Sequence record: DRR723986_4953
Reading direction: 5' to 3' (one strand)
DNA: 42,488 nt
Shown: positions 7,888 through 17,510 of the stretch, piece after piece
Layout of the letters: every line of letters begins with the position of its first letter
How positions within the stretch are numbered: the first letter of the stretch is position 1
Program-made: the position numbers and the translations under genes
The notes under the pieces: model-generated
The model's database searches: none
What the model was told of the DNA's origin: nothing
What the model saw: the letters and a program-made list of their open reading frames with translations, nothing else

Positions 7888-10221
7888 ATGAGTTCCAATC
7901 CGAATCGTCCCTCGATCAGCCAGATGGCTGCGCCGCGCCCGCCTGTCCCGCAGGGAGATGCGTCATACCTGAATGGCCTCAATCCCGAACAGCGTGAAGC
8001 GGTGATGACGACCGAAGGCCCGCTGCTGGTGCTGGCCGGGGCGGGCACGGGCAAGACCCGCGTGCTGACCGCCCGGCTTGCGCACATCATCGCCTCCCGG
8101 CTTGCCTGGCCGTCGCAGACGCTGACCGTGACCTTCACGAACAAGGCCGCGCGGGAGATGCGTGAGCGGGCCCTGCGCCTGATCGGCGATGCAGGGGAAG
8201 GGCTTCGCTGGCTCGGCACATTCCACTCGATCAGCGCGCAGATCCTGCGCCAGCATGCCGAACTCGTCGGGCTGAAATCAAGCTTCACCATTCTGGATAC
8301 GGATGACCAGGTGCGCCTGTGCAAGCAGATCATCGTGGCCGAGGATATCGATCCGAAGCGCTGGACACCGCGCTTCCTGGCCGGCCTGATCGATGGCTGG
8401 AAGAACCGGGCCCTGACGCCGGAGCGCGTGCCTGCCGACGAGGCGTTCCAGTTTGCCGACGGCAAGGGCATCAAATGCTACGAGATCTACCAGGCGCGCC
8501 TGAAAGTTCTGAACGCCTGCGATTTCGGTGACCTGCTGATCCACAACATCACGATCTTCCAGCAGAACCCGGACCTCTTGAAGGATTTCCAGTCGAAGTT
8601 CCGCTACATCCTCGTGGACGAGTACCAGGACACGAACGTCGCCCAATACCTCTGGCTGCGCCTGCTGGCACAGGGCTCGCAGAACATCTGCTGTGTGGGC
8701 GACGACGACCAGTCCATCTACGGATGGCGCGGGGCGGAGGTAGATAACATCCTGCGCTTCGAGAAGGATTTTCCGGGCGCGAAAGTGATCCGGCTGGAGC
8801 GGAATTACCGCTCCACGAAACACATCCTCGCCGCAGCCTCATCCGTGATCGCTCACAATCGCGGCCGCCTTGGCAAGACGCTCTATGTCGGTGACGATAA
8901 TGCGATCGAGAACATCGATGCCGACAAGGTGAAAGTGCGCGGCCTGTGGGATGGGGAAGCCGAGAGCCGCCTCATCGCCGATGACATCGAAAGCTGGGTC
9001 CGCGCTGGCGGGAAGCATGACGATTGCGCGGTTCTGGTACGCGCCTCGTGGCAGATGCGGGCGTTTGAGGAACGCTTCATCCTGCTGGGTATTCCTTACC
9101 GTGTGATCGGCGGCCCGCGCTTCTTCGAGCGCGCCGAGATCCGCGACGCGATGGCGTATCTGCGCCTGATCCGGTCGCCGGATGACGATCTTGCCTTTGA
9201 ACGTGTGGTGAATCAGCCGAAGCGCGGCATCGGCAATACGACGCTGGCCAAGCTGCAGGCCTATGCGCGCGCCGACGGGCGCAGCCTGTTCGTGCTGACG
9301 CCGATGGTGCTGCAGACCGATGAAGTAAAAGGCGCGGCCAAGCGCGGCCTCAACCAATTCATTGACCAGATCAATATGTGGCGCGACCGGCTCAACAATG
9401 GCATGCCGCATACGGAGCTTGCCGAGGTGATCCTCGAAGAGTCCGGCTATACCGACATGCTGCAGAAGGACCGTAGTCCACAGGCGCAGACGCGGCTGGA
9501 CAACCTCAAGGAACTGGTCCGTGCCATGGGCGAGTTCGATACGCTGGCAGGCTTTCTCGAACATGTGGAACTGGTCATGGATGCCTCCACCGGCGGGGCA
9601 GACGAAGATCAGGTCCAGATCCTGACGCTGCACGCCGCCAAGGGCCTCGAATGGCCGGTCGTCTTCCTGCCGGGCTGGGAGGAGGAAGTGTTCCCCTCGC
9701 GCCGCAGCCTGGACGAGAGCGGCCTCAAGGGCCTCGAGGAGGAGCGCCGGCTGGCCTATGTGGGCATCACCCGTGCGCGCGAGCGCGCCTACATTTCCTT
9801 CGTCGCCAACCGGCAGATCTATGGTCGCTGGCAAAGCGTGATGCCATCACGCTTTGTCGACGAGCTGCCGCACGAGAATGTCGAAGTGATCTCTGAAACC
9901 GGTTATTCCGGCATGCCGGGCGGGGAGGATGCGTTCAGCGGCTCTATCGAAGATCTCGGCGAGCGCAGCGACTATTCCAGCCCGGGCTGGAAGCGCCTGA
10001 AGGAAAACGCGGGCAAGCATCCGGGCACGGGCGCCCCGCGCGATGCGTCGAACCTCACCGCCACCAGCGGCGGACCGGAAACCTTCCGGAAGGGCCAGCG
10101 CGTCTTCCACGACAAGTTCGGCTATGGCCGCGTTGCCTTCAGTGAAGGCAACAAGCTGACCGTCGATTTCGAAAAGTCCGGCCGCAAGAAAGTCATCTCG
10201 ACCTTCGTCTCTCAAGCCTGA
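7888..10221 (+). CDS. uvrD: ATP-dependent DNA helicase UvrD/PcrA
   Basis: AGAGTGKT, TFTNKAA, LVDEYQD, VGDDDQSIYGWRGA, LERNYRS, TLHAAKGLE, EERRLAYVGITRA; C-terminal RVFHDKFGYG. Confidence 0.97.
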   Translation: MSSNPNRPSISQMAAPRPPVPQGDASYLNGLNPEQREAVMTTEGPLLVLAGAGTGKTRVLTARLAHIIASRLAWPSQTLTVTFTNKAAREMRERALRLIGDAGEGLRWLGTFHSISAQILRQHAELVGLKSSFTILDTDDQVRLCKQIIVAEDIDPKRWTPRFLAGLIDGWKNRALTPERVPADEAFQFADGKGIKCYEIYQARLKVLNACDFGDLLIHNITIFQQNPDLLKDFQSKFRYILVDEYQDTNVAQYLWLRLLAQGSQNICCVGDDDQSIYGWRGAEVDNILRFEKDFPGAKVIRLERNYRSTKHILAAASSVIAHNRGRLGKTLYVGDDNAIENIDADKVKVRGLWDGEAESRLIADDIESWVRAGGKHDDCAVLVRASWQMRAFEERFILLGIPYRVIGGPRFFERAEIRDAMAYLRLIRSPDDDLAFERVVNQPKRGIGNTTLAKLQAYARADGRSLFVLTPMVLQTDEVKGAAKRGLNQFIDQINMWRDRLNNGMPHTELAEVILEESGYTDMLQKDRSPQAQTRLDNLKELVRAMGEFDTLAGFLEHVELVMDASTGGADEDQVQILTLHAAKGLEWPVVFLPGWEEEVFPSRRSLDESGLKGLEEERRLAYVGITRARERAYISFVANRQIYGRWQSVMPSRFVDELPHENVEVISETGYSGMPGGEDAFSGSIEDLGERSDYSSPGWKRLKENAGKHPGTGAPRDASNLTATSGGPETFRKGQRVFHDKFGYGRVAFSEGNKLTVDFEKSGRKKVISTFVSQA

Positions 10222-10234
10222 TCTCAAGTGGAGG

Positions 10235-10309
10235 GCAGCGCCGGGCGGCCTGTCAGGGGAGGACCAGGCGGGGCGTCAGGGAGGGAACGCGTGGCGTGCC
10301 CGGCGCTGC
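10235..10309 (-). ncRNA. Candidate structured small RNA with two CCUCCC loops
   Basis: 12-bp closing stem enclosing two hairpins with loops UCCCUCCCUG and GUCCUCCCCUGA; intergenic. Confidence 0.5.
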
Positions 10310-10384
10310 AGCTCCTGTTTGGCATGGCTGGGCCGAACGCGTGCCGAATGCCGCGTTCATGTTCCGCTCAGCTTGTGAGGCAGC

Positions 10385-13300
10385 CTACTCCGCCGCCGGC
10401 AGGGCGCTGTCCCGCTTTTCGTCGGACTTGTCATTGGCCGGTTCGCCATTTTGCAGGAGCCGCACTTCGTCTGCCGGGCGCTGGCCGCGAACGCGGGCCG
10501 CGATCCGGCGGATCATGTTGCCCGTTCGGTGCGGCACGAGCAGCCAGACCGGCGTGACCAGCAGGATCATGATGGTCGAGAAGGCGAGACCGAACACGAC
10601 CGCCGTGGCCAGCTGAACCCACCATTCGGCTTCCGAGCCGCCGAAATTGATGGCGCCCTCGCCGAAATTCACGCTCATCTCGAACACCATCGGCAGCAGG
10701 CCGCAGATGGTTGTGCCGGTGGTCAGCAGGATGGGACGGATCCGCTGGGCGGCCGTCGCAATGGCGGCTTCCTCCGGGCTGCGGCCATCCTTGCGGAGGC
10801 GATTGTAGGTGTCGATCAGAACGATGTTGTTGTTCACCACGATGCCCGCGAGCGCAACGATCCCGGTACCGATCATCAGGATCGACATGTAGGGCAGCAC
10901 CAGCTGAATACCGACCAGCACGCCCGAGGTCGAGATGATCACGGCGGACAGGGTCAGCACGACCTGCCAGAAATTGTTGAACTCCCAGAGCAGGATCACG
11001 GCCATCATGAACAGGGCGGCCATGGCGGCCCCGCCGAAGAAGGCATTGGCTTCCTTGGTGTCCTCATCAGCGCCTTCAAAGCGCACTTCGACGTCGGAGC
11101 TGAAGCCCGCCTGAGCGATCCAGTCGCGCACTTCCTGCACGATCGCGGCGCCGGCGCCCTGCTCCCTTGCATTGCCGCGGACATAGTAGACGCGCTTGCC
11201 GTCGAGGCGTTCGATCTGGCTGACGCGCGGAGCAGGCACACGGTCGACAAACAGGTTCAGCGGCACATTGCCGTTCGGTGTGGAGACACGCAGCGTGTCG
11301 ATGGCCGAGGCGCTGCGGCTGTCCTTCGGGAAACGCACGCGAATGTCGACTTCGTCATCGGCATCGTCCGGCCGGTAGCGGCCCACGAGGATACCATTTG
11401 TCACCAGCTGCACGGCTGCGCCGATCTGGGCGACGTCCAGGCCGTACTTGCCGGCTTCGGCCCGGTCCACTTCGAGACGATACTCAATGCCGGGCAGGGG
11501 ACGCGTATCGTCAAGCTCGCGAAGATCGCCGCGGTTTTCGACATAGGTCCGCAGGCGTGCCGTTGCATCGTCGAGGGCGGCCTGGTTGTCGGACAGCAGG
11601 GCGATCTGCAGGTCCTTGCCTGCCGGCGGGCCCTGTTCACGCGCCTGGATCTGGAAGCGCAGCCCCGGGACCTGCTGGAGGCGCTCACGTACGGCTTCCA
11701 GCGTCTTGCGGCCATCATGTGTGCCGTCTGCCGTTGCAAGGTCCAGCAACAAGCGTCCGATCGTGTCGAGCGGTTGGTCGTTGGCACCGTCGAAGCTGAC
11801 CCCGCCGCTGCCGCCGGAAGAGCCCGAGCGGGACGAGATGGATTCGACGCCATCGATATCGGCAACCGCGAGTTCGGCGCGTTTGACCAGTTCCTTCTCT
11901 TCTTCGGCCGACAGGGCACCCTGCGCCTGAACGAAGACGAAAGCCTGTTCCGGTTCGATATCGAGGAAGAATTCGGAGCGGTGCGGCGTGGAGCCGAACC
12001 ACATGAAAATAAAGATTACGGAGCCGATGGCGACGCCGGTCACCATCCATGGACGGGCGATCAGGGATTTGACGATACGCACGTAAGAGCCGAGCCAGCC
12101 GGTGGCTTGTCCCGGGTCCGCGTCTGCGGCGAGGGCCGCGAGGTCTGCGTCAGTGCCTTCAGGGCGTGCGCCGATGACCGAACCCAGCACCGGCAGGAAG
12201 ATCAGCGCCATGACGAGTGACGCGGTCAGAACGCAGATCAGCGTCAGCGGCAGATAGGCCATGAACTTGCCGGGCATGGAGTTCCAGAACAGGAACGGCA
12301 CAAAGGCGGCGAGCGTTGTCAGCGTGGACGAGACAACGGGCCAGAACATCCGCTTGCCGGCCATGGCATAGGCGTCCTTGCGCTCCAGGCCTTCGGCCAT
12401 TTTCCGGTCGGCATATTCGGTCACGACGATGGCGCCGTCGACGAGGATACCCACGGCGATCACCATGCCGAACATGACCATCATGTTGATCGTGAACCCG
12501 AACGTGCCGAGCAGCAGGAAGGCCATCACGAAAGAGGCCGGGATCGAGATGCCGACCAGCAGCGCAGAGCGCCAGCCAAGCGCGGCGACGACGATGATCA
12601 TCACGAGCAGCACGGCGGTCACGATGGAGCTTTGCAGCTGGCCGAGCTGGTTGCCGATCTCTTCGGACGTGTCAGAGGTGACCGTCGCCCGAACCGTGGC
12701 AGGCCAGTTGGCCTGTTCCTCGGCAATCGTCTGTCGGACAAAATTGGCGGTATCCAGGACGTTTGCGCCAGAGCGCTTCACCACTTCGATCAGCATGGCC
12801 GGCTTGCCGTTGAAGGTCGCAAAGCCCGTTGCGTCCTTGTAGGTGCGGCGGATTTCGGCAACGTCCTGCAGTCTGACGACCGCATTTTCCGTGCGCTTGA
12901 TGGGCAGATTCAGCGCGTCCTGGGCCGTGCGGATCAGGCCCGGGACCTTGACGGCAAAACTGCCGTCACCGGTGTCGATCTCACCTGCCGGCACCAGCTG
13001 GTTGTTCGAGGAAACGACGTTGTAAATCTCCTGATAGGAGATGTTGTAGGTTTCCAGCATCGCCGGATCGATGACGATCTCCAGCACATCCTCGCGCTGG
13101 CCCTGAATGCGGGCTTCGAGGATACCGGCATTGCGCTCCAGCTTGTCCTGCAGCTTCTCGGCGATGTCATTGAGACCGCGCACCGGTGCTTCGCCATAGA
13201 GGTTCACCACCATGACCGGGAATTGCGAGGCGTTGAATTCCTGGATCACCGGCTCGCGCGCGTCCTGCGGGAAGAAGCGCTTGGCGAGATCCACCTTGTC

Positions 13301-13630
13301 TTTCACGTCCAGCACAGCCTGATCGACATCGACGTCGATTTCGAACTCCAGCAGCAGCGTGCCTGCGCCTTCGGAGCCGTAACCGTTGAAGGTTTTCAGG
13401 CCTTCGATGGACTGGATTTCCTGTTCGATCGGGCGCACCAGAAGGCGTTCGGCGTCTTCCGGCGTCACGCCTGCCAGCGGCACGGTGATCACGACAAACG
13501 GGATCGGGATGTCCGGGTCGGCTTCCTTGGGAAGCTTGGCATAGGTCACGGCGCCCGCGATGACTGCGCAGATCAGGATGGCGAGCACCATACGTGCCCG
13601 CCCGATGGCGCCGTCAACGATACTCGTCAT
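10385..13630 (-). CDS. RND efflux transporter permease (AcrB/AcrD/AcrF family)
   Basis: 1081 aa, duplicated TM/periplasmic architecture; GILVDGAIVVTE, RIRPILLT. Confidence 0.96.
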   Translation of the reverse strand: MTSIVDGAIGRARMVLAILICAVIAGAVTYAKLPKEADPDIPIPFVVITVPLAGVTPEDAERLLVRPIEQEIQSIEGLKTFNGYGSEGAGTLLLEFEIDVDVDQAVLDVKDKVDLAKRFFPQDAREPVIQEFNASQFPVMVVNLYGEAPVRGLNDIAEKLQDKLERNAGILEARIQGQREDVLEIVIDPAMLETYNISYQEIYNVVSSNNQLVPAGEIDTGDGSFAVKVPGLIRTAQDALNLPIKRTENAVVRLQDVAEIRRTYKDATGFATFNGKPAMLIEVVKRSGANVLDTANFVRQTIAEEQANWPATVRATVTSDTSEEIGNQLGQLQSSIVTAVLLVMIIVVAALGWRSALLVGISIPASFVMAFLLLGTFGFTINMMVMFGMVIAVGILVDGAIVVTEYADRKMAEGLERKDAYAMAGKRMFWPVVSSTLTTLAAFVPFLFWNSMPGKFMAYLPLTLICVLTASLVMALIFLPVLGSVIGARPEGTDADLAALAADADPGQATGWLGSYVRIVKSLIARPWMVTGVAIGSVIFIFMWFGSTPHRSEFFLDIEPEQAFVFVQAQGALSAEEEKELVKRAELAVADIDGVESISSRSGSSGGSGGVSFDGANDQPLDTIGRLLLDLATADGTHDGRKTLEAVRERLQQVPGLRFQIQAREQGPPAGKDLQIALLSDNQAALDDATARLRTYVENRGDLRELDDTRPLPGIEYRLEVDRAEAGKYGLDVAQIGAAVQLVTNGILVGRYRPDDADDEVDIRVRFPKDSRSASAIDTLRVSTPNGNVPLNLFVDRVPAPRVSQIERLDGKRVYYVRGNAREQGAGAAIVQEVRDWIAQAGFSSDVEVRFEGADEDTKEANAFFGGAAMAALFMMAVILLWEFNNFWQVVLTLSAVIISTSGVLVGIQLVLPYMSILMIGTGIVALAGIVVNNNIVLIDTYNRLRKDGRSPEEAAIATAAQRIRPILLTTGTTICGLLPMVFEMSVNFGEGAINFGGSEAEWWVQLATAVVFGLAFSTIMILLVTPVWLLVPHRTGNMIRRIAARVRGQRPADEVRLLQNGEPANDKSDEKRDSALPAAE

Positions 13631-14703
13631 GGCTGGGCTCCGCTGGCGGGCACCGGGTCGACTTGGGCGCCTTCGGACAGATAGTCCTGGCCCAGCGAGA
13701 TGACATTTGCCTGATCGGGTAGGCCCGTAACCCAGGCGCCATTTGGTGTTTCATCAATCACAGCGACAGGCGCGAAGCGGACAGTGTCTGTGTCGTCGAC
13801 ATAGCGCACGCCCAATTGTCCGGCATCTGACAGGGTGAGCAGGCCAGCGGATATCTTCGTTGCCTGAACATCCCCAACCGGAATGACCAGTTGCGACGTC
13901 ACCCCGGCCGCCACAATGGCGTCACCTGTCTCGAGCTTGGCTTCGACCAGGAAAGTCCGCGTTGTACCGGACGCCGTCCGCGCGACGTAGCGCAGTGTTG
14001 CCGGGAAACGGCGGCCATCGGCCAGGAGCGTTTCGCCGGTCATGCCGACTTCCAGCTTGCCTGCCTCGGCTTCGGAAACCTGCACGGATACGATCACCGG
14101 ATCCATGTCGACCAGCACGCCGCAGGCCTGACCGGGCGACAGGAAATCACCTGCCTCCGCGAGACGTGTTTCGAAAATGCCGTCGAACGGCGCGCGGATC
14201 TGCGTCTTGCCGAGTTCGACTTTCGCGGCGTTGAGCGCGGCTTCGGCTGCATCCAGTTGCGCTTTGGCAGCGGTTGCCTGGTTGGCTGGGCCGAGGCCTT
14301 TCTCGGCGAGGCTGGCGGCGGCTTCATAGCTGACTTCAGCAGAAGCGCGCTGGGCCTTGGCTTCTTCAACGCGGGCCGCACGCGCTTCCACGTCGAGGCC
14401 GCAGAGCAGGGTGCCGGCTTTCACGAAGCTGCCTTCGCGGGCCGGAGTCGAGATGACTGTGCCCGTCGTTCCGGCTTTTACTGTGACGCTCTTGTCCGGC
14501 TCTGTTCGGCCTTTGGCATTGATCCGCATCATGTGCGGTTCGGCGCTCAGCGCTTCAATCACGGCAGACGGCACCTCATCGGTGCGCTCGGCCACGGGTT
14601 CTTCCTTGTGAGACGAAATACTTCCGCGCATCACGCTGCGCAGCCCGAAATAGGCCACGATGACGACAAGGATCGTTGCGGCGATGATAGTCGAACGGTT
14701 CAC
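13627..14703 (-). CDS. RND periplasmic adaptor (MFP)
   Basis: GTG start 14703; N-terminal TM; IRAPFDG, TRTFLVE; 4-nt overlap with the permease. Confidence 0.93.
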   Translation of the reverse strand: MNRSTIIAATILVVIVAYFGLRSVMRGSISSHKEEPVAERTDEVPSAVIEALSAEPHMMRINAKGRTEPDKSVTVKAGTTGTVISTPAREGSFVKAGTLLCGLDVEARAARVEEAKAQRASAEVSYEAAASLAEKGLGPANQATAAKAQLDAAEAALNAAKVELGKTQIRAPFDGIFETRLAEAGDFLSPGQACGVLVDMDPVIVSVQVSEAEAGKLEVGMTGETLLADGRRFPATLRYVARTASGTTRTFLVEAKLETGDAIVAAGVTSQLVIPVGDVQATKISAGLLTLSDAGQLGVRYVDDTDTVRFAPVAVIDETPNGAWVTGLPDQANVISLGQDYLSEGAQVDPVPASGAQP

Positions 14704-14888
14704 GTCTGGATGTCCTTCCCGCGGACGAATAGCAAATATAGGGCGGCAGGTCGCATGATGAACCGCCGCAGGCAAATTTCCTTAACACCCCCCATATTGC
14801 CATACGGCAAACAGACGGGATCAGTTTACCAACAGGCGGCAAGCGTTGGTTAATCTCTAACGTAGGGAAACTGGAAATCCGTCGCGGA

Positions 14889-15878
14889 TTAAATCCAGCG
14901 TTGCCAACGCAATAGGACCAGCGTGGCAATTGCCGATATAGCGAGCGCCACGACAAGCGTGATAAAGGCTGCTGGACTGCCAGACCCCGGAATCCCGCCC
15001 AGATTGACGCCAAAAAGTCCGGTCACAAAACTGATTGGGAGGAAAACGGCCGACAGGATTGCCAGCACAAACAGGCGTTGATTGGTTTCTTCGGTACTTT
15101 TCTGGATCGCTTCCTCATACAGGACGGTGGATCGTTCCCGGATGTTTTCTACCAGTTCCGTGAGCCGCGTGATCCGGTCTGCGGATTCGCGCAGGAAGAG
15201 CAGGTCCTGTTCGCTGAACAGGCCGGACTGTGCGCCATCCCGCACCAGTGTACTCAACGCTTCGCGTTGCGGCATGATGTGGCGGCGCACCTGCAGGACC
15301 CGCCGCCGGAAATCCGGCAATACGGACCGGTCGATATGTGTTTTCGGGTCCAGCAGTTCGCCTTCGTATCGGTCGGCTTCGTCGTCGAAATCGTCCAGCA
15401 CGGTTTCCATACGGTCGGTCAGCCGGTCGGCTATGCCAGCGACCAGCGCGCCGGTGGAGGTGTCTATCTCTCCCGCCTCGACCAGCTTGCGGACGTCGGT
15501 GGCCGAGCGCACCGGTCGGGCACGCAGGGTGATCAAAACGTCCTCAGCGGCCCACATACGCAAGGTGACGAGGTCTTCGACATCTGCCCCTTCATTGAGG
15601 TTGGGGCCGCGCAGGTTGATCAGGTAGCCGCGCCCGTGGCGCGCGGCACGCGGACGCGTCTCTTCCTGCAGCAGCGCCTGCACGGTCACGCGATCCAGGC
15701 CACTCTTGCGGTAGAGCCAGCCCTGCGCCTGAGCGGATTGCCGGTCGAGGTGGAGCCAGATGCGCTTGTACTTCGCATGCCCGCTCTCCAGAACCTCATC
15801 CCAGGTCAGGGGCGTGTGGTGCCCGGCCTCGTCAAAACCGAAGCCGAAAATCATCGGTTCATTGTTGCCGGGCTCCAC
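14889..15878 (-). CDS. zntB: CorA-family zinc transporter, ZntB-like
   Basis: WLHLD, EETRPR, FLPISFVTGLFGVNLGGIPG (GVN variant of GMN), two C-terminal TMs. Confidence 0.85.
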   Translation of the reverse strand: MEPGNNEPMIFGFGFDEAGHHTPLTWDEVLESGHAKYKRIWLHLDRQSAQAQGWLYRKSGLDRVTVQALLQEETRPRAARHGRGYLINLRGPNLNEGADVEDLVTLRMWAAEDVLITLRARPVRSATDVRKLVEAGEIDTSTGALVAGIADRLTDRMETVLDDFDDEADRYEGELLDPKTHIDRSVLPDFRRRVLQVRRHIMPQREALSTLVRDGAQSGLFSEQDLLFLRESADRITRLTELVENIRERSTVLYEEAIQKSTEETNQRLFVLAILSAVFLPISFVTGLFGVNLGGIPGSGSPAAFITLVVALAISAIATLVLLRWQRWI

Positions 15879-15890
15879 CGCAGTCTCCCT

Positions 15891-17429
15891 TTAGAAAGCT
15901 GATACCGGAGGAACTTTGCCGGCCCACGGACGGGCCTGCTCCAGTTCCAGTGCCAGTTCAAAGAGGAGCTGGTCGTCACCGCGCTTGCCGGAGAACATGG
16001 CGCCGACGGGCAGGCCGCTATCGGTCCAGGCGAGTGGTACGCTCATGGAGGCAGCCCCCGACACGTTCATCGGTGCTGTAAACGCCGCGAAGGTGATGAT
16101 CCGATCATACAGGATTTCATAGTCGACCGTCGGGGCCTGTTCGCCGAGTTTGACGGCCGGGCTGCCGGTTGTCGGTGTCAGCAAGACGTCGATGTCGGAG
16201 AAACCGCTATCGTACACGGACTCGAAATTCTTCAGCCAGGCGACGGTTGCGTCCATCTCGTCCTGGCGCGACAGGAACATGTTGGTCAGGCCGAGTGTCC
16301 AGGGCTCGACAATATCCGGGCCGACCGGCTTGCCGGAAAAGTCACTCGCCTGCTGGGCGAATTCAGCCGCCCCGGCCGCCCAGTAGAGCAGGAAGTGATC
16401 GATGAACTCCGTGCCGGAAAAGGGCGGCTTCCACGCAACCACTTCGTGGCCGAGATCGGTGCAGAGTTTGGCAACGTCTTCCAACGCAGCCTTCGTCTCC
16501 GGCGCGACCGGCGTGCCGGCAGGGGCATCGGTCGTGAAGCCGATCTTGAGGCGGCGGCCAACGGGGGTCAGGTCTGCAGCGAGCGGTGCATAAGTGCCGT
16601 CATTGGTCTGCGTGTCGCGGAAGAGGTTGATCGAGTCGCGCACGGAAATCGTGACGGCATGCTGGACCGAAATGTCTACCGGCGGGGCTTCGGGGCCGTG
16701 CGCCGGGAGCTGTCCGCGGGACGGCTTCAGGCCAAACACACCGCAGGTGCTGGCCGGGATACGGATCGAGCCGCCGCCATCGCTGGCATGGGCAAACGGC
16801 ACGACGCGCGCGGCAACAAGCGCCGCTGCGCCGCCGGAAGACCCACCGACGATACGCGTCGTATCCCACGGATTGCAGGTCTCTCCGGTCACCAAAGCCT
16901 CAGAGGACGCCATCAGGCCCATTTCCGGGGAGGTGGACTTGCCGAGTACGACCACGCCTTCAGCGCGCCACTTGGCGGGAAGGGGGTCATCCTTGCCGGG
17001 GTTGTAGCCCTTGAACGCCCGGCTGCCATACCAGGTTTCGGCGCCATTCCAGTTGTGCAGGTCCTTGATATAGGTCGGGACGCCCTGGAACGGACCGGCC
17101 GGTGTGTGACCCGCATCAGCGCGGGCCGTATCGAAGATCTCGGTCACAACGGCATTGAGCTTGTCATTGACGGCATTGGTGCGGGTGATGGCGGCATTGA
17201 CTTCAGCCAGCGAGGTCGTTTTGCCGCTGGCAATGCGCGCGGCCATTTCCGTGCCGTCGATCCAGCCAGCCGGTACGGACGAGGTGGGGGCGACAGGCGC
17301 AGCGGCCGGTGTTGCTGCGGTGCCGACAGCGGCTTCCGGTGCCGTCTGGGTGCCTGTCTGGCCGCAGGCGGCCAGTGCGCCCATCGCGGCTCCGCCAAGC
17401 AAGACGCCCCGTCTCGTGATCCGTGCCAT
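15891..17429 (-). CDS. Amidase signature family enzyme with Tat/lipoprotein signal
   Basis: ITRRGVL..LAAC; GVPTYIKDL, GGSSGG, SDGGGSIRIPA. Confidence 0.93.
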   Translation of the reverse strand: MARITRRGVLLGGAAMGALAACGQTGTQTAPEAAVGTAATPAAAPVAPTSSVPAGWIDGTEMAARIASGKTTSLAEVNAAITRTNAVNDKLNAVVTEIFDTARADAGHTPAGPFQGVPTYIKDLHNWNGAETWYGSRAFKGYNPGKDDPLPAKWRAEGVVVLGKSTSPEMGLMASSEALVTGETCNPWDTTRIVGGSSGGAAALVAARVVPFAHASDGGGSIRIPASTCGVFGLKPSRGQLPAHGPEAPPVDISVQHAVTISVRDSINLFRDTQTNDGTYAPLAADLTPVGRRLKIGFTTDAPAGTPVAPETKAALEDVAKLCTDLGHEVVAWKPPFSGTEFIDHFLLYWAAGAAEFAQQASDFSGKPVGPDIVEPWTLGLTNMFLSRQDEMDATVAWLKNFESVYDSGFSDIDVLLTPTTGSPAVKLGEQAPTVDYEILYDRIITFAAFTAPMNVSGAASMSVPLAWTDSGLPVGAMFSGKRGDDQLLFELALELEQARPWAGKVPPVSAF

Positions 17430-17510
17430 GTGTTTCGCTCCGATTCTGTTTTTTGCTTTATGGGCGGGCAAGGTGTAACGGAGCGCTCCGCAGCGCAAGA
17501 GGAGAGGGAG

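Noticed and set aside
10451-13684. Long + strand ORFs (589 aa, 350 aa) opposite the RND gene
   Set aside because: Shadow ORFs from high-GC codon bias with no motifs; the same applies opposite uvrD, aroC, mdh and the acyl-CoA ligase
16395-17510. Long N-terminal extension of the APH ORF (667 aa) and of the amidase ORF (643 aa)
   Set aside because: Each extension is antisense to the other real gene; plausible starts lie at 17511 (GGAG SD) and 17429 (Tat signal)
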